A stretch of 63,987 nt of DNA, the filler included, from Basidiobolus ranarum (Eukaryota): assembly GCA_040143965.1 (NCBI GenBank). It is 4 parts of 4 records of this genome, joined end to end, with 100 filler letters (N's around TTAATTAATTAA, not from the genome) between each part and the next. Parts side by side here need not be neighbours in the genome. Positions count along the whole stretch, not along the records: positions 48,248 to 63,987 come from JASJQH010000369.1; 3 more parts are not named here. One strand, given 5' to 3'. The translations under genes and the position numbers were made by a program. Each line of letters begins with the position of its first letter. Positions within the stretch are counted from its first letter, which is position 1. The notes under the pieces are model-generated. The model had not been told where the DNA came from. It was given only the letters and a program-made list of their open reading frames with translations, and did no database searches. Of the stretch, positions 51,256-63,987 are shown piece after piece.

Positions 51256-53758
51256 AGTAAGGGATGTTATAATAATCGAATAGTCTAGATGGTAATTTAA
51301 GGTGGGATATTGCAACCAGAGAAATCGAAGGCAATATGATTTGTAGAGAAAGCGAAGAACAGCTTAAACAGATATCAGATCTATATAATTGCTACGTCTG
51401 AAGGTAACGAACTGGTCAGTGGCAGTGATGGATATTTATAAAACTTCGAGCGGAACATGAACACTATTACTAACCCAATCGTGTGCTTGATTGAACAATG
51501 TGATCCGCTTTTACATCACTCCCTCCTATCACTATATTTAGTTAAAGCGGGTGAATATTGACTGGCTCCGAATGAATCTTGTAACAATGTCTTAATTAGC
51601 GGGCGACACATATTTCCCCACCTGTTCTCCGCTCTCACCCTCTTTCTGAAACCTCGTCTAACTCTAATAACCACTACACATGGAAGACCTCGGTAGCAGC
51701 AAAATCACTGTTAATGACTAACACCCAAGTGCATCTATGCTTTCTCGCCAATTAACGAGGTCTCATTGCTCATGCTCATGTTGGATGATTATGGGCTCAT
51801 TTTGCGGTGCAATAATATGCTGACAATCTTGCCAATTCTCGGGTTAGTTTAATGCATAATTAGTTGAAGATCATTTGACACAGCACCCAATTCAATATGC
51901 ATACTTCATATGTGAACAATGGATCGGAAGTTATTGGCGAGGGCGATGATTAGAATGGATCTGTTATTTGACGAAATCAACCTCTAGCCAATCGAGACTG
52001 ACATCATATATCATATATTAAATGTCCATTTAAAAATTGACGTAAACTTGCTAGTTCTAGTGTTGATTACATGGGCTCGGGTGGTTGATTCTTGGTAAGT
52101 CCTAAGTCAATCCTGCGATAGGTATCAAGAGTTGGTTAATACTGTCTAAATCAAGAAACTAACCAACCTTGGTAGGCTTGCTAATCTAGCTCAGGTATGG
52201 ATGTCTCGAAGTATGACGAATACAAATTCAGCCCCCTCATGCATGCCGTCAACAAGGAATTCCCAAAAATATCTAGGGCCCATATACCTCCTTTTGTTGC
52301 TTGGCTTATGCAATCTGCTTCCTGGCTCACGGCAAGGCTGTCATCACTTGGCTGTCTTAGCAACACATAGGTACATACCACCTCTAAAACCCACCCAAAT
52401 ATTCGCCATTACTGCGGCGTCTTAGGTATTCTACTGAGCGATGCATTGAGATCCCAAAACGTCGATAATTCTTAATAGTGCAAACCGGAGTTCCATGCAT
52501 AAACATTGGTGGCGACACGGAACTAAACAGGAATCGAATTTGTTAATGGAACCTTAATGATTTTCCAAGAAAACCAAATCTTGGATGATACAAAAGCGTA
52601 CCTGCTTTTAGACGCATGACGTCTTAGAGTAAAACGTCATACCGGCCTCTCTTTAGTCTACGATCAGTTTGTTGGGATAAACTTGGATTAGTGATGATGT
52701 CAGATAATCACGGATTTCTTGGACTTAGCTCACCTTAATTGGCAAGGTCCATGACTAGAGCATTTTCGACATCATTCTTATTTTTAGCAACTCTAATGAG
52801 TGTTTAATGGTCTAATTCTAAGACGACTAGGGGCAGATGCCACTGCGTCTTCATAGATTTAGTGTCTATTGAGTATGTATTAGGGACTAAAGTTAAGGAT
52901 GGTGTAACTCTCGCTGCTTGAAGTTCCATTTGACTCGAACGTGAAGAGTCGGACCTCCATACATCATTGAAACCTATCATCTTGTTTTGTAGATTACACC
53001 GTCTTCAGAATGGGCTTTGGTTGTATCATGGTATTACTATTGAAGGAGATCACATTAAATATTTCGGACCTAAATCGCATCACATGTGCAGGGTGGATGG
53101 CCATGATCTCAGGAGGAAACTCATTACACACAGGAACTTAATCATTGACTAATCTCCAATGGCTACTCCATTTGATTTCGATAGTCATTATCAACCAGGA
53201 GGATAGGGATTATTCGGATGGAGTATTCCGTAGTCAGCAGCATGATACGGGTATTTTGAGAATATCTCTTCCATGCGGTGAGATCTAAGTAAGAAGCTAT
53301 CAGTAGTCATGTGTCGGATTAATTGGGTGGTTATTGAACTCATGACAGTAGACACGCTCTGTTGGGGATGAGCGGAAGAACAACTGCAATTAAGGGTAAA
53401 TCAGATGCGAACCCGGCGCTGAGCTGGTAGGAATGATGTCGGAAAAGGTTAGTTGAAAGATAGGTAAACATAGTATTAACCCGATAGAATTGATGTTGCA
53501 AGTATCAAACGTCAAGGACGTTGACTAATGGTTGTTTTATATATGTATATATGTACTGTTTAAAAGTCGTTGGAAAGGCTTTCGTAGGGCTTGAGATTTT
53601 TTTGATTTTACAACTGAATTAAATGTACGAAATGATGAATGAGGAGTAAATTAAACAAACTATACAGAGTTTTGGAAAATATTGTCTAACTACATCGATT
53701 TGATAAACAGAATTGAAAGTGTCCATGTGAAGAGCGTAAATATAAAATGACTTCGTTG

Positions 53759-54070
53759 CTATAACACGTACAATCGCTTTGCAAAGGTATGTGTCTTGAT
53801 ATCCGCACGACCACAGAAATTTTGACCGATCGAGAAACTCGAGGGAGAAAGTTTCTCACTGGAATAAGGCAGAAGTGGCGGTGAAGATGGACCCTGATTA
53901 GGGGTTGAAGGTGAGCGAATACTACAGACACTAGGACGACGGTTCCCGTAAGTTAAAATAGGGGAGCTTAAGGTATTGGCGGTAGCATCTTGCATACGGC
54001 ATTTCTGGCTACAGTAGAGGCCATCAAAATCAATGTGCTTGTCACAAACGGTACACCAGTTGGTATCCAT
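53759..54070 (-). CDS. Ecl1-like small zinc-binding protein, paralog
   Basis: MDTNWCTVCDKH...LYCSQKCRMQD plus an S/P-rich tail. TATAAAA lies on the minus strand near 54225. Confidence 0.78.
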   Translation of the reverse strand: MDTNWCTVCDKHIDFDGLYCSQKCRMQDATANTLSSPILTYGNRRPSVCSIRSPSTPNQGPSSPPLLPYSSEKLSPSSFSIGQNFCGRADIKTHTFAKRLYVL

Positions 54071-56406
54071 AATGAAGTAGTTGAAGAGTAACAAAACTGG
54101 AGTTGCTTCTAGCGTTAATATAAGGCGTTCGACAGAACTTCGAAGATGCAGAGTTGCTGCGTAGGTAGATACTAGTTGTAATCTCTAACGGATGATGTTT
54201 ATCAACGACGCTCGTGGGGCTTTTATATGAGCCCATCCGGTGATCACACAATGACTCAAAGATGCTCAATGAAACAGATCATGACATTTGGATATGACAT
54301 ATTGGATCACCAAAGGATGATTGGCAATTTTAGAAATCCATTCACAAGCCTACCCCAATTGCATTCCTTTGGCGAAACTGGCAACCAACCATCATGCGAA
54401 TTTTATCCTCATTCATCAACAATATATCCTAAACACTTAGAATATGGTTGATTTCTATGACATATCTATCCAATGTCTGCCGTGGAATGAAATGTGAGGG
54501 ATTTAATTTGCCGATTTTACTTCAAATCGGTAATATTTATCACTAAATAGGAATATTCACCGCATCTAGTTCTCTGTGTATTGTTACTAACCAGTAAAAC
54601 TATGCATATCTGTTGGCGACCAAAATGATCCGTAAGTTTAGCATATGATAATTTTAACTGCCTCCTTGGGCTCTGTGAAATGATGGCGAACACCAAATCT
54701 TGATAAATTCCATCTAGAAAACCTGGCCAGCTCGCTAAATCATTCTCATTGCCCAAGTACAAAGGCTTATGTTTGATACGAATATAATGGTGTAATCTTG
54801 ACAAGTTGCTCAAGTGAAGATAGTTCTTCCATATGTAACTAATGATTTAGTTCGTATTGTGCTAGCTTATTTGTTTCGGACTCAGATTGTTGTTTAGTGG
54901 CGAAACCCAGCTTTTTGATCTTGTATTACTAATACCCAGGAAGCGCTATATAGCTAATGAGTTTTCCATGGAGGACTGCTTTAACATTGCCACCGTAGCA
55001 TATGTGGGACTATTAAGAACCTTTCCCATCATGGATATTCAATCTCAATGGATATAGACCTCGGATGTTGGGGCCGAGTCGTCCTGAAACGTAACAATTC
55101 CAAATAGCAATGCCGATTTAAACCCAAAGCCAGCTCTAGCCGTTATTTACTAGATGGAAATGTAGATGACGAGTGACGAACGTAGAGCTGTCATGTTGAT
55201 GTTATACAAGATTCATCCAATTAAGTATTTCATTACGGAGCTTTACCCACGACGAGATCCCAGCCATCCTATTAATAGATCGTCAATATATATATATAGC
55301 TAAATGGAACATTGAATAACTTAAACACCCCGACCTCAGTAAAAGGCTTCATTAGAATGTTCCCAGGAGCACATCAAATGAGGAATCGCCAATAAGGCAC
55401 GACTAGAGAATTCAGGTACCGAGTAAAACTGAGGAGTGAAACTTTCTCATTGAGTGTGAATAATCAGATTGATCAGTTAAATTTTGTACTCTCTCGAGTC
55501 CATCTTACTCTAGTTAAATGGAACGCACAAAGTTCCAATTCTAAAGTGTTCGAGCTACTAGGAGTGGAGAGAGCAATGGGAATACAAATAGTTATCGCAC
55601 CTCAACTGCTCTGAGAAAATATCAGATTTGAATTACTCCGAGTGGTTAGAGTGATCATGTGTACTGACTGTTCTTTGAGTTTCATATACTCTTTGGTGCC
55701 CGTCCTTTATCTAGAGTCTACATCTATATTTGAAAAAACATATCTATCGCAGCTGAATATAATTCTCATCAGTATTTAGCACGGAGAACCAACTACACAC
55801 TCATATAAAAAATTGCTCTTTATTTTGGTTCAATTCTCCTGAATATATAGGTCCTAACTTATCAAAGTATTTACACTTCTACCAGGAACCTAGACATTAT
55901 GTTCTTGGCTGTAAATCAAGTTATTTTGCCAGGTGTATCCAAATCCTGAATCTTGAAGTTATTCCTATGCAATTGTGGTGCGTTAAAATCACTGGCGAAT
56001 AACTGATGCTATCTTAATATGTTGTTGAGTTGTTCTACTTTCTGTGAGCTGAAGTAATAGTGATGTAGAATGTATCCCATGGGTTATATTCATATGCCAT
56101 GAGATTTGTAATTTCACTAGTAGAGATGTGGCCATTTATGTTCAAATATTGAATTCAGCACCAAACCATCATATATCCTGTTTAGCATAGTTTATACATA
56201 TCAAGTCAATTTTTATAAATCAAAATCCTCACATATTCTTCAGTTATATTTGACAAACATCAGAAATATTCAAAGTACAAAATGTCTCTCACTAGTCTAA
56301 AACTCCCTAGGCTTTAACCCCAACTTTTTGAACACCATAGGAACACACATCTATGTTTTTTATTTCTAAAATTTGACCAAAGACTTGCTTTCAATTAAGC
56401 AAGAAG

Positions 56407-57020
56407 TAAACATCACATATATAGTCATATATAGCTTAGTATATGGTTATTCCATATTTGACTAAGATATTGCCCATTATTCTGAATGGGAATTTACTTA
56501 GAATATGCTTACCAACTTGGAGATTCTCAGATATATTGATTGATCAAACTTGTGCTAGAAGCCTCATACTTTACACACATGCTTCTGGGTCCTTCCTTAA
56601 CATATTATAGATGTTTGTGTACTTACATCTTGACAAAATTATAAATGTCAACTTTCTACTCAAAAAATTAATAATGTTGAAATTTATATTGTCTAAGCAC
56701 CTATATAGTCATATATAGCTTTGTATATAGTTTCTAAGATATCACCCATTATTCTCAATAAGAATTTACTCCAAAAAATTTATTAACTTAGAAACTCTGA
56801 TATATATAAATTCTTTAAACTGGTGCTAGAAGCCCCATACTTTGTACACATGTTTCTGGCATCTTTCTTAGTACACTCTACATGTTATTATGCTTACCTC
56901 TTGACAAAACTATAAATGTCAACTTTCAACTTAATAAATCAATAGGTAAAGACCACCAATTTCTCTAGGTATCAAACCACTTCCAACAGACTCCCAAGCC
57001 ACTTCCAATAAACTCCTAAA
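56407..57020 (+). repeat. Two tandem diverged copies of the ~330-bp repeat family
   Basis: The motif series TATAGTCATATATAGCTT...GTGCTAGAAGCC...CTTGACAAAA(C/T)TATAAATGTCAACTTTC occurs twice. The second unit starts TGTTGAAATT at 56675. Confidence 0.87.
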
Positions 57021-57452
57021 ACCCCTCACCTGAGACAGTCAGTTTTAATCCCTTTTCAAAAATTCTCACATGATCTATTTCACAACATAGCACACTTGAA
57101 GCATGCATTTTGTAATAATCAAAGTCATTAAACTTAATACCTCCCACACTATAGCAATCTATGCAAATTATATTTTCAAATGTTTAGTAGCTTAGTAGCT
57201 TATGGTAATAGTGTTAGTGTAGCCATTCAAAAGCTGATGGCATTCACTACTATAGCTGACTAAAAAGATGACCAGTACTGAAGAATCACTTGTACATTTA
57301 TAAGACAAGTTCATCTTGCTGATAAATACTGACTCACTATTCCCCGGGGTTTTGAGTCCTTAAACCAACATTGCGGATTATTTGCTAGTTCTGCTTCCTA
57401 TATTTTGAGTCTTTTGAATACACTAATTGAGTGAAGATGAGGTGTGCGGAAA

Positions 57453-57801
57453 CTGTTGAAATTAACATAGCCTAACAACTATATAGTCATAAATAGCTTA
57501 ATATTTAGATATTCCATATTTCACCAAGATATATTACCTACTATACTCAATCGGAATGTACTTAATATTTTTACCAACTTAGAAGTTCTCAGATATATAG
57601 ATTTTTCAAGCGTGTTCTTGAAGCCCCAAACTTTGTGCACATGTTACTGGGACCTTCCTTAGCATATTCCATATGTTGTTTTGTTTCCCTCTTGACAAAA
57701 CTATAAATATCAATTTTCCATTCAATACATCAATAAGAGAAATCTACCAATTCTTCTAACTCTCCAAACCACTTCCAATTACTCACAAAATCTTTCAGCA
57801 G
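57453..57801 (+). repeat. Full-length copy of the ~330-bp repeat family
   Basis: Begins CTGTTGAAATT and ends TTCAGCAG, with the same internal motifs. Confidence 0.88.
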
Positions 57802-58130
57802 AAACTATACAGAGTGGTATATCCGAGTTGTTATGGAGGAGATATGAAATAAAACTAGGCATAAGCAAAGGTTACAAAAAGTGACTATCCTATGTTTTTT
57901 GGCCCTGTTGCCTTACATTGCATGAATTGGAAGTGTAGTTGGTAATTCATTATAAAGAGCGACTGATGAATCTACCATGTATATCTCTATAATTTGTGAT
58001 TAAATCAGCAGATGGTTAGCCGATTTTTAATTATCTTGTTTAATATCATACATAGTACCTATGTGAGTAGCCTTAACTAAACTGAGATACAGATATAAAG
58101 TGACTTACTACGATGGATATTTGTGGCGAA

Positions 58131-58622
58131 TGAGTCGCTGATACAATTGGTGGAGTGCCTTGATGATCTTTGCACTGTCTACTATTTAGCCATTGCTAGT
58201 ATCAAGGGTGTGTATCTCAGCATGACTCTGATTTCAATATTATCAATGAGTCAAATTGACAACACACATCCATCGAATGATAAGGCATGACTACTTGTGA
58301 CTCAATTTTTCTGGTGTCACTACAGATTGATAATTGTAGCTAATCTCAATTTCTAAGATCGTAACCCTAGGATTCGTATAGAGATCGAGAGAGTCTTGCA
58401 TCAAACAAGAGTATCATATTTTCGGGCTTTGAAATTTCTCTTTAACCAGAGAGGAATAGTTTCGAGACAGCGAAATGGTTACAGAAAAGCTTGTAGGTAA
58501 CTTCTAGAATCTTGGGCAGTGGACAGGGCTCAGATTTAGCATGAGTCCGTTCAAGAATGTATCAGCAGCATGAAGATTCAGGTTTCCTCTTTTGGAATTA
58601 ACCAAGTTTTCAATTCGAGTCA
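58131..58622 (+). promoter_or_regulatory. Cluster of Gcn4/CpcA (AP-1)-type elements upstream of LYS1
   Basis: TGAGTCA at 58247, TGACTCA at 58298, and 6/7 matches at 58131, 58223, 58542 and 58617. Confidence 0.6.
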
Positions 58623-58785
58623 CACTGAATAAGTCGTCTCAAAAGATCCCCACCTACCTAGCAACGATTACGTAGATTAAGGAGACCCCATAGATTTCCT
58701 TACTTTAAATACCGCCATCGAGGTTTTCGAAACTTCACTAAACACTCCATCTTGGTAGTATTTTACAATCTTAATAAACAGAAAC

Positions 58786-60013
58786 ATGTCCGTTCATCTT
58801 TGGCTCAGAGAAGAAACCAAGCCAATGGAGCATAGAGCTGCTCTTTCTCCATCAGCTTGCAAGACTCTTTTAGAAAAAGGTTACTTCATTTGTTCACCCC
58901 TAGTCTCAAGTTAACCTGCCCTAACCATAATTTTTTTCTAGGATTCCAAGTAACCGTTGAGAAGTGTGAACAAAGAATCTTCGATGACAAAGAATACTCC
59001 GAGTTAGTACACTTAATAACCTGACAACTTCTTTTCCTCTGATACTGATTTTCTCTTTGAAAAGTGCTGGATGTACTGTCGTCCCAGGAGGTTCATGGAA
59101 GAATGCACCAAAGGATGCATACATTATCGGTTTGAAGGAACTCCCCGAAGAAAAGACACCTTTGGAGCATACTCATATCTTTTTCGCACATTGCTTCAAG
59201 AATCAAGGGGGCTGGAAGGATATCCTTGGAAGATTTGTTACTGGTAATGGTACTATCCTAGATCTTGAGTTCCTTAATGACGAGAATGGTCGTCGTGTAG
59301 CTGCTTTTGGTTTCCATGCCGGTTTCGCTGGAACTGCCATTGGACTCGATGTTTGGTGTCAACAACTACTTCACCCCAATGAGCCTCTTGCTCATGTTAA
59401 GCCATACCCCAATGAGGACAGTTTGATATCCTACACCAAGGAAAGACTTGCTGCTGCTCGCGTCAAGAATAACGGTAAACTTCCTAAGGTTATGGTTATC
59501 GGAGCCCTTGGCCGTTGTGGTAAAGGAGCTGTAGATTACGCTGTTAAGGCCGGAATCCCTGAGGAGAATATTGTTCAGTGGGATATGAAGGAGACTGCCC
59601 CCGGTGGTCCATTCAAAGAGATCATAGATTGTGATGTTTTCGTTAACTGTATCTACCTTAGTCACAAGATTCCTCCATTCGTCACCCAAGAGTACTTGGA
59701 TAACGAGCGCAACCTCTCAGTTATTGTAGATGTCAGTTGTGATACCACTAACCCTTACAACCCAATTCCAGTTTACTCTATCAACACAACCTTTGATAAG
59801 CCCACTGTTCCCGTCAAATCATCCAATCCTAAACCCTTGGATGTTGTAAGTATCGATCATCTTCCAACACTCCTCCCCAGAGAGGCAAGTGAAGCCTTCT
59901 GTCATGACTTATTACCAAGTATTTTAAGTCTGCCAGATCGTGAGAACGCACGTGTATGGACAGATGCTGAGAAGCTTTTCAAAGAGAAAGTAGCCTCCAT
60001 GCAACAAGCTTAA
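58786..60013 (+). CDS. LYS1: Saccharopine dehydrogenase (NAD+, L-lysine-forming), 3 exons
   Basis: HLWLREETKPMEHRAALSP, QRIFDDKEY, IIGLKELP, HIFFAHCFKNQGGW, DLEFL, RRVAAFG, GALGRCGKGA, DVSCDTTNP and IDHLPTLLPREAS. Confidence 0.97.
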
Positions 60014-61089
60014 ATCCAAATATATTTCATCAATAAACATGCATAGATATGATATTATCAATTCCAGAATTAAAAGTGAACTACAAAATGAGTGTTTTAG
60101 TGAAGATTCAATTGTACTAAGTAATGCTTTTACACAAGTTGAGATGATTAGAAACAATCAACTTGTGTATATGGGTTAATGGATAATAACTGAGATTTTG
60201 AGATTTGTGTTCAATTGTTTAAAGAATATTCTAATTGGAGATTCTGTCAGCTCTTATGGTAACCTGGAAAGCCGATCGTATGGTCCTTTTTAGGTTGGAC
60301 TCCTTGAGGCCATGGTCTTCGGTGTTTGTGGATTATTTGGTAGCAATATTCGAATGTAACACTTCATAGTAATTTCATTTTGTACCATTGTGAAAGTAGC
60401 CACGACTGGTTCGATATTAAAGAATTCGTGACAGATGATTCTAGATCATCGATATACATTTGAATGAATTCAACATCAAGCATATTTGAGTAGAGTAGGA
60501 AAAAAAACCTTGCGTATATTTTACTTTTATCAAAAACTGCTTTATTTGTCTTTCAATAAGAAAAGCTTAAAGACTAAGTGAATTCGGTAGTGAATATGAG
60601 CCGAATAGATTGGTGTATATTACAAGTAAATTGAAAGTATAATTCACTAACATCAGTGTCACACGAACACTGATATAGTTGAAGTAAAGGGGTGAGAGAC
60701 CAAGAAACTAAGAGATAGATGGCCCCAGTGCGGAAGAGGCTTTCTATAAGTATTATAGGCGTGGATTATGTGGAGAATGAACAACGATGAAAAATTTCGA
60801 AAAAGGTTATGTGTAAGAAAGGTCAGTGTATATGAATCACTTAACACTGTCGGTGCAAATCTGATGTATGGGGAGTTTAACGAGGATAAACAGAGACTAT
60901 GGTACAAAGTAAGAGATTAAAGCAGAATTAATGTAACGACAGCGGGTTCTGCAAATAAAGATTGTAGTAAATCAAGTCCTTCCGATTAAGTTGTTAAGTG
61001 TGTGATATAACAGATATAAGATGTAGATAGAGATGGTGTGAGAATTAAGGGCTTCGAAGTGACGTGATGCACCAGTTACTAGCCTGTAA

Positions 61090-62336
61090 CTACCAACCAA
61101 CACCATAATATCCAGGGCTGGCCGCATAATTATATTCGTGTTTTGTGGAAAGTCCCGTCATTGATGACTCCTTGTGGAAAGGACGACATAAGTGATCGTG
61201 TTGTTGGCGTTGCCAAAGAACATTCTGATGCAGACTTGATGATAATTCTTTCGCAAGTGGGTCTTGCTCATGTTCTTTTTCCAACGTATTTAGTGTACAC
61301 AAGCCTCTGAAAAGAGATGGCTTTGAATGCGGAATCGGAGTAGAGGTACGTTTTTGAAAGAGAGTTGAGAGTAATGAGGGCTTGGGAAGTTCACACTGAG
61401 AGACATGCTTTGGTACATTAATCTTCTCAAAAAAGCAATCACTATCACTCAAAGGGGTTGATTGATAGCTGGATGCTATTGACTCCCAATCTTCCTCATC
61501 CAATATGCTTTCTGATTCGTTACTCTCGCTAAACTCCAACGAAGAATCTTTAGGGAAACGAGACAATGCTTGTAGATCCATTACCGTACGAGAGTTCTTC
61601 GATTTTTCATAAGCTAGAGCGGTGTATTCCTCTTCCTCTAAGGACTCAGCTATAAAGAATATTTTGCGTTTCTTATCTTCAATTGGGATCATTTCGACGG
61701 CCACTGTTGATGTTGTGTCAGGCAGAGTGCTAATAATTTGCTCATTTGTTTCCGACTCTACAATATCCACATCTTCTACTTTAGGCAAGGCTGAATCCTT
61801 CACTATGAATAACTCGGCCTGCTCAACGAAAGATTTCTCAAGATTGGATTTGAACGTAGAAGAAAGTGGTTTAGAATCATTATTAATTGATTCAGAGTTC
61901 GGGGAAACTGAATCGATCAGTTTATGAATAGAAGCGGAAGAAAGTTGACGAGGAAGAGAATTGAACACTTTAACCAGATCACTTCCTGGAGTTGGTGCAG
62001 ATTTACTGCAACCTTCTCGACTGGCATCATATTTGGATCCATTATTCAACTCAGAAGGGCATCTAGTGACAAGCTTTCTTTCAGAAGAAGCCTGTCGAAA
62101 CCATAGACGCCAAGACAGATTTTCTAATCTCTGGCCGTTTAATAAATTTTCTTTACACTTGGTGAAGACTAAACGACGAAAATAAAGGTTATTAAAATTG
62201 CACAACCAGCATTGGCCACAAGAGTGGAATACTAACCTGCCCACATTGAGCACAAGCTATCACAGTCAACGTCCCGAAGTTTGTGAAGATTGTCTAAAGC
62301 AAGTGTCAATACTGGCTCTGAGAGGATTGTAGGCAT
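61090..62336 (-). CDS. DUF1752 (AreA N-terminal-like) / DUF3295 fungal regulatory protein, 2 exons
   Basis: Exon 1 reads MPTILSEPVLTL...LCSMW. After an intron come VFTKCKENLLNGQRLENLSWRLW, a later PSLLSTLF, ELSSSLHQNVLWQRQQ and the terminal YYGVGW. Confidence 0.82.
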
Positions 62337-63987
62337 AGTGTGAGAAGACGTGCTAGGCACAGTAAGTGTCAAGTATATGAGTAGAGCAAAGAGATAATTG
62401 TATGGAGGCAATTGGGAAGTTTCGATATAACAATATGGTCACAGTGAAACTGTCGATAGATATAGCAGAGGGAAATGCGCTCGCAACAACAGCAGCTTCT
62501 AGATATTGGTTACAGTTGTTCCAGTGTAATTATGAGAGACCAAAGTCGTAAGTAAATGGAGAGAGGCGACGCTGTTATATATAATGAGATTAAGGCTATC
62601 AATCCAAAAATAGAAAAAATCCAACTAAAATGAACTCACTTATGAAATATTAACATACATATTGAGATCAACTGATGAGCAGAAATGAATATAGACATCA
62701 AAAAATGATTGGAGCGAATGTATGTATCATTGAATGCGATGGGTACGAATCTTACAATAATAGGATCAATAAGTAATTATCCTTCGGCAGCCTTCAAACC
62801 ACCATGTGTGGGTAAATTGATAGGGGATCACCGAGATAGGCAAAAGTTGACTCAGAGAAGCCATGGTTTGAATATTTATTCTAGTTCAACCACGCTGGTG
62901 CGAAACACTGCATTACATCCTAGTTGAACTAGTCAACCGATTTAAGAAGCTTTCTACAGCTCCTCTCCTCTCATCCGTCTTTGGTGTCTACCAACTATCT
63001 ATTTTACACAGAGTGTCGGGGTACGGTAAGTATCTCACTTCTAAAGCACTGCCTCAGCCTGTCTCTCTAATCATGTTCACCATCGAAATACATTAAGGAT
63101 AGGCGGAGATATTCGAAACCCGAAAACAATAAATCATGACTAAATTGAAATGGGACAGTTTACTTCGGAAGACACCGCATAGATAGCCTATCTGTTACAC
63201 CATTTCGGGTAACACTTGATATTCCACGAATAAAACCCGTAAGTTATTCCGGCAGAATTCACTGGATTGAACGATAAGAGTTTGGTCTCGTTTAGGATAT
63301 TTACCACTCTTCAGCATGGCTATGCATCTCATTCTTACCCGCTAACACCAACACAACTCCTCCCCCATCAAACATTTATATCCAGCGCCATTCAAGAGCT
63401 TCTAAAGAACCTTGATGGTTGTATTATAAATCAGGGAGTTGAACAAAGGCTCAATTTTTTTGTAATCCGTATTACGCTAGTGCAATGCAAGTTGTAGAGA
63501 CAACTTGTTACTGTAGTTTTAGCCTGGAAACGTGAAATCGTACATGTGGTTGCAAGCTAGAATACTAATGGTTGGATTCCGAACCTTATTTTGCTTCTTA
63601 TCCTGTATCACTGCATGCCATTAAAGATAAATGATACGCAGACACCCACCCTCCTCATTTCTCTAATGAAGAACCCATACACTTCCGTTTAAAATATGAA
63701 TCTCACAATTTGATCACAGGGGTAGATGCAGGTAGTTTGTGCTTAGACTGACATCTCTGAACAATCCCTTCCCTGTCGACCTCGCCGATAATTCCCTTTT
63801 TTCCTCCCATAAATCGTGCTCCAAATCACTTTGTCTAATCAAGCAAGATAGCTAACTGAGGCGAATGTAATCATTGTTTCGCCCTGATCTTGATATAATT
63901 AACATCGTGAATAAATCTTCGTTTTCGCTTCTCGGAACAGTTGTTTGATAAATCGGAATAGTCTCCGATTGTTGATTAGGCGTTGGA

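Noticed and set aside
59366-59689. Antisense ORFs over LYS1 and other genes
   Set aside because: These are shadow ORFs of real coding sequence on the opposite strand.

Overview
Eukaryotic, intron-rich, AT-rich fungal DNA. Gene content and the many short GT-AG introns suggest an early-diverging fungus, possibly Basidiobolus-like (inference only). The window is not contiguous. Three identical 100-nt linkers (N44-TTAATTAATTAA-N44) join four ~16-kb pieces, so gene neighbourhoods across linkers carry no meaning. Most genes are recognisable housekeeping or regulatory genes: UFD1, UBP3/USP10, YPT1, a secreted berberine-bridge-type FAD oxidase, BEM1-like, SEA4/MIOS, MOG1, ATP5, a divergent GPD, an SreA-type GATA factor, MED6, CBC2, OPI1-like, two Ecl1-like genes, LYS1 and a DUF1752/DUF3295 gene. 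The most unusual item is an 8-exon gene that the ORF track fragments. It encodes a signal peptide, a plant-type LRR ectodomain (about one repeat per exon), one TM helix and a cytoplasmic SH3 domain, i.e. a kinase-less LRR-SH3 receptor. Also notable are a stand-alone receiver-domain gene, a ~330-bp repeat family with 8-bp terminal inverted repeats (six copies, one inverted pair), an MDR-family pseudogene and a cluster of Gcn4/CpcA-type sites upstream of LYS1.
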